A stretch of 63,908 bases of DNA, counting the filler, from Thraustochytrium aureum (lineage: Eukaryota), in NCBI GenBank assembly GCA_012862495.1. It is 9 parts of 6 records of this genome, joined end to end, with 100 filler letters (N's around TTAATTAATTAA, not from the genome) between each part and the next. Parts side by side here need not be neighbours in the genome. Positions count along the whole stretch, not along the records: positions 56,451 to 61,455 come from BLSG01000452.1; positions 61,556 to 62,730 come from BLSG01000455.1; positions 62,831 to 63,908 come from BLSG01000460.1; 6 more parts are not named here. One strand, written 5' to 3'. Positions 60,731 to 63,908 of the stretch are shown in pieces. Numbering within the stretch: the first letter of the stretch is position 1; each line of letters begins with the position of its first letter. The notes beneath the pieces were generated by a model, which worked only from the letters and a program-made list of their open reading frames with translations, was not told where the DNA came from and made no database searches. The position numbers and the translations under genes were made by a program.

Positions 60731-61455
60731 TTAGCGCAGTAGTTCACAGACAGCGTGCCCGTACTCGAGCTCAAGCTTGCGGCGCTCCGCGTCCCAGCCC
60801 TGGCGAAGGTTGGCGTGGAGGCCCCTGAAACGGTTGACAAGAACCTCCCTCGCCTCCCGCGACGCAGGCGGGTTGGTGCGCAAGAGCTGCAGCTGCAACG
60901 ACACAAGCGCCGACTCGACCTGGACCTCTTGGCTTTTCTCCCAGAGGTTGAATTCGTCGCGAGTTGGCGCCATGAGCTTGTCCAGCTCGGACATCTCGCG
61001 CTCCTGCATTGCCTCCGTCTTGAGGTCGACCCACTCCATGAGCTCTGACTGGCGCCAAAAGTTGCGCACCTCGCCAGTGACCCCGTCCATGGTCCGTGGG
61101 TCATCGTACTCGATGAGCCCAGAAGCAGTGTTGCGAAAGTAGAGCGTGCCCTGCTCGTCCACGCCGGCCTCAAAGCCTGGCGGCAGGCCGCGCGGGTCGC
61201 TCTCGGTGACTCGGTTTTCGCGCGAGAAGAGCAGCTTGTCCGAGTCAAAGTCCATGAACACGACCCACGGCTTTTGGCAACCGCGCGGGTCGGAAAAGGT
61301 CGACTTGCCGGTAACCTGGTGCTCGAACACGATGCAGCCGTTGGCGTCCACTTTGATTGTCCAGTCGTCTGGCACGATGCGCGGGTCGAGCCAGACCGTG
61401 AAGAACTGGCCGTCGCGCTCGTAGCTGAAATGGTCGCGCCGCTCTCGTCCGAGCG
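60731..61455 (-). CDS. Protein with tandem degenerate WW-like repeats and a helical C-terminus, 5' truncated
   Basis: VPDDWTIKVDANGCIVFEHQVTGKSTFSDPR and LPPGFEAGVDEQGTLYFRNTASGLIEYDDPR. Four DPR-terminated units. Confidence 0.7.
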
Positions 61456-61555
61456 NNNNNNNNNNNNNNNNNNNNNNNNNNNNNNNNNNNNNNNNNNNNT
61501 TAATTAATTAANNNNNNNNNNNNNNNNNNNNNNNNNNNNNNNNNNNNNNNNNNNN
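61456..61555. other. Artificial scaffold linker
   Basis: 44N-TTAATTAATTAA-44N. Confidence 0.97.
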
Positions 61556-62076
61556 AGCAGCCGCAGCTGCTGCCTTTGCAAGTTGGGCTGCCACTTGTTA
61601 CCGGCTGGGCACTCGCTTTGAGACATGCAGGTGCCTTGCTTTCGCGTGCACCGTGTGTTGTCCGCGCACCGCGGCTCGAGGAATGGCGTGGGGTTGCGCG
61701 TTTGCTGAAGCGATGTAGGCTTTGGCGTCGGAGGCAACGGGCGAGGCACGCAGCACTGGCACGTCTCTGCTGCGCGCTTGCTGCACAGCCCTTGGAATGT
61801 GAAGTGTGTCTTGGGATTGCACTGCGCGGTGTCCATGCATTCCCCGCCACGCTTCAAGCACTTGTTGTTTGTGCTGCACTGTTCCGTTGGCTTGGGTGTT
61901 GGACTTGCTGTTGGCTTTTTCGTGCGCGGGGGACGCAGCAGCCGCATTCGTCGCCCTTGCCATTCGCGCACCACTTGGGAACGAAGCGGAATGAGCTCGG
62001 GCACATTTCGGGCGACGTGCAGCGACCGCCATTCTTCTCGCACTTTGCCGTCTGCGTGCAAGATGCAGGCATGGAN
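61556..62076 (-). CDS. Fragment with three Cys-rich defensin-like modules separated by Pro/Thr linkers (frameshifted)
   Basis: CTQTAKCEKNGGRC..C..WC..CGCCVP, CSTNNKCLKRGGEC..C..LC..CQCCVP and CADNTRCTRKQGTC..C, with PTPKPT linkers. Confidence 0.65.
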
Positions 62077-62095
62077 NNNNNNNNNNNNNNNNNNN

Positions 62096-62730
62096 CGAGC
62101 ATCTTGTTGTGCCTGTGCAATCGGGACAAATGTGCGCCCAGAAGTCGTTCCTGTGACGTGCTGAAAGTTGGTTGGGCCAGAGATGGCATGCTCTTCCTCG
62201 CTCGACTTGCGCATTGCCACGCGAAGAGCAGCGAACTTTTCGCCTGCCGCGCCGAGTCCAAACCCTTTGTTTTGCGCAGACGACTTGCGGCCGGCGTCGC
62301 ACGGCACGTTGGCGATTGCAGCCCTCTCGCAGGAGCCCTTGTGCGCTGCCACGCCGCAAACGGCGCAACTCATCCCCTGCCGATAGATTCCCACGAGCAA
62401 CTTGGTGCAGACAACGCAGTACGTGGGCTTCGTAAACGTAGCGACTGCAAAGCTGTGCGCGAGCGCCTGCACGGCCGCGGGTGGCGCACGCCGAGGCGCC
62501 GCGCGTGGCGGCGACATGCCCGGCCTCCCTCCCACAGCGCCGTCGCCGTGCAGCGTCGGCGCCTGATTGAGGCAGCCAAACTTCTCTTCCGCTGTCGCAG
62601 CGCACGACGTGTGCACATCGAGCTTGCACGACGCGCACTGCAGCGCGTCCGCGCCAACCAGCTGTCCTCCGCAGCTGGCGCACGACGTCGCGGCCAGGTA
62701 CGCCTTGCTCTCAAACTTGTGCATCCTCCC
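62096..62730 (-). CDS. Fragment with two C1 (DAG/phorbol-type) zinc fingers and a CRIB motif
   Basis: HKF..CASC..CASCKLDVHTSC, HSF..PTYCVVC..GMSCAVCGVAAHKGSC and ISGPTNFQHVTG. Confidence 0.8.
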
Positions 62731-62830
62731 NNNNNNNNNNNNNNNNNNNNNNNNNNNNNNNNNNNNNNNNNNNNTTAATTAATTAANNNNNNNNNNNNNN
62801 NNNNNNNNNNNNNNNNNNNNNNNNNNNNNN
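62731..62830. other. Artificial scaffold linker
   Basis: 44N-TTAATTAATTAA-44N. Confidence 0.97.
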
Positions 62831-63908
62831 ATACTCGCCACTGTCTGCCGAGGCAGCACGGAGGCCTTGAGTGAGCGCGCGGAAAAAGCCGTCGGGGCCA
62901 GCCCAGCGTGTTTCGTTGCCGGCCCCGGTGGAATTGACCATGGGCGCAGCGCCGCCAGGCGAGTCGACGGCGCGGCGCATGTGAGTGGCCTTGTCGATCG
63001 CGCCGAGGTCCGTTCCGCAGGTGTCATAGAGAAAGTAGCCGCCACCCATGTCGTACGTGTCGCCAGCCTCGCTGAGCACGGGCCGGATGGGGTCCTCGAG
63101 GAGCCGCCTGCAGAGCGGGTCGGCTGGTGCCTCGTAGGTCCCCCATTGGCCCTTGCAGGCCGCAAGGATCTGCGCGTAGGTCGCCTCGCTGACCATGCCG
63201 TGCCGGTAGCGAAAGTCGAGCGCAACGCGCGTCCCGATCCACCCGCTGTAGGGGGTGCAGGTAAACACGCGGTTGCCCGGGCACGCGTTGCCGAGCGCGA
63301 TGCCCCGAAGGCTCCACGGGGCAACGCCCTTGTTGCCCGCGTTGCGGCGCGCCAGGATCTCGCGAGCGAGCAGCGGCACGAGGACGCCAGCGTAGCTCTC
63401 GCCAGTCATGTAGAACGGCTGCGAGGCAAACTCGGGGTACGCCGCGAAGAAGCGCTGCATGAATCCGTAGCTGACCATCGCTTGGCTCGTGTCGTTCCAG
63501 CGGCACGGGCGCGGCTCGCACTTGCTGAATCCGGTCGGCGCTGGGTGCTCGACGTACAGCATGTTGGCCGGAAGCCGGTGCCAGCTGTACGGGTTGTCAA
63601 AGACGCGCAGCTGGCCGTCCGTTGCCTCGAACGAGAGGTCGTTCACCATGAAAGGGCCATTTTCGGTGAACAGGCCAATCATGCTCGACCCGCCCGGGCC
63701 CCCTTGGAACCAGCTCACCGTGGGCGCCTCGGGGTCGCCCGACGCATTCTCGACGAGCCAGTAGTGCACCAGCGCGTTGGTGTCGAGCCACGGCACGGGC
63801 ACCTTGATGTACCCGCTCCACTGGCGCCCGCGCACTGGGCCGTACCCTTCCAGCTCCACCACCCTGTGCTGGGCGATCTCGCCCGTGCACGGCGCCACGG
63901 CGGCAGCC
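62831..63908 (-). CDS. Serine carboxypeptidase (S10) fragment
   Basis: WSGYI, WFQGGPGGSSMIGLFTENGP, NPYSW, NMLYVEHP and nucleophile motif GESYAG. Truncated at both ends. Confidence 0.93.

Noticed and set aside
26373..62830. Recurring TTAATTAATTAA motif flanked by Ns
   Set aside because: Identical 100-bp construct with stops in all frames. It is an artificial contig linker, not a biological repeat.

Overview
GC-rich, gene-dense eukaryotic nuclear DNA from a fragmented draft assembly. Eight artificial 100-bp linkers (44N-TTAATTAATTAA-44N) join nine scaffold pieces, so neighbourhoods across a linker are not biological. Short GTAAGT...GCTRAC...CAG introns, the ciliary gene TMEM138 and peroxisomal lipid genes suggest a flagellated protist, most plausibly a thraustochytrid/labyrinthulomycete stramenopile (inference only). 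Many genes carry single-base frameshifts, several at homopolymers, most likely sequencing errors. Recognisable genes: CDK7, TMEM138, SEC11, an ABCD transporter, a GGCT-fold protein, XMAP215/ch-TOG, a longin VAMP7-like SNARE, a giant USP9/24/34-type deubiquitinase, an FMN alpha-hydroxy-acid dehydrogenase, an HDAH-type deacetylase, peroxisomal hydratase 2, an RCC1-HECT (HERC) ligase, DNMT2, MetAP1 and an S10 carboxypeptidase. Three candidates stand out: (1) a protein with three Mind-bomb-type SH3 repeats, a ZZ-like zinc finger and tandem TIR domains (one Glu-intact, one Glu->His), tail-to-tail with the HERC ligase; (2) a kinase resembling plant symbiosis CCaMK/DMI3 along its whole length; (3) an AIG1/GIMAP GTPase-SAM protein with an unnamed triple repeat. 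All homology calls come from motif recognition and recalled sequences, not from database searches.
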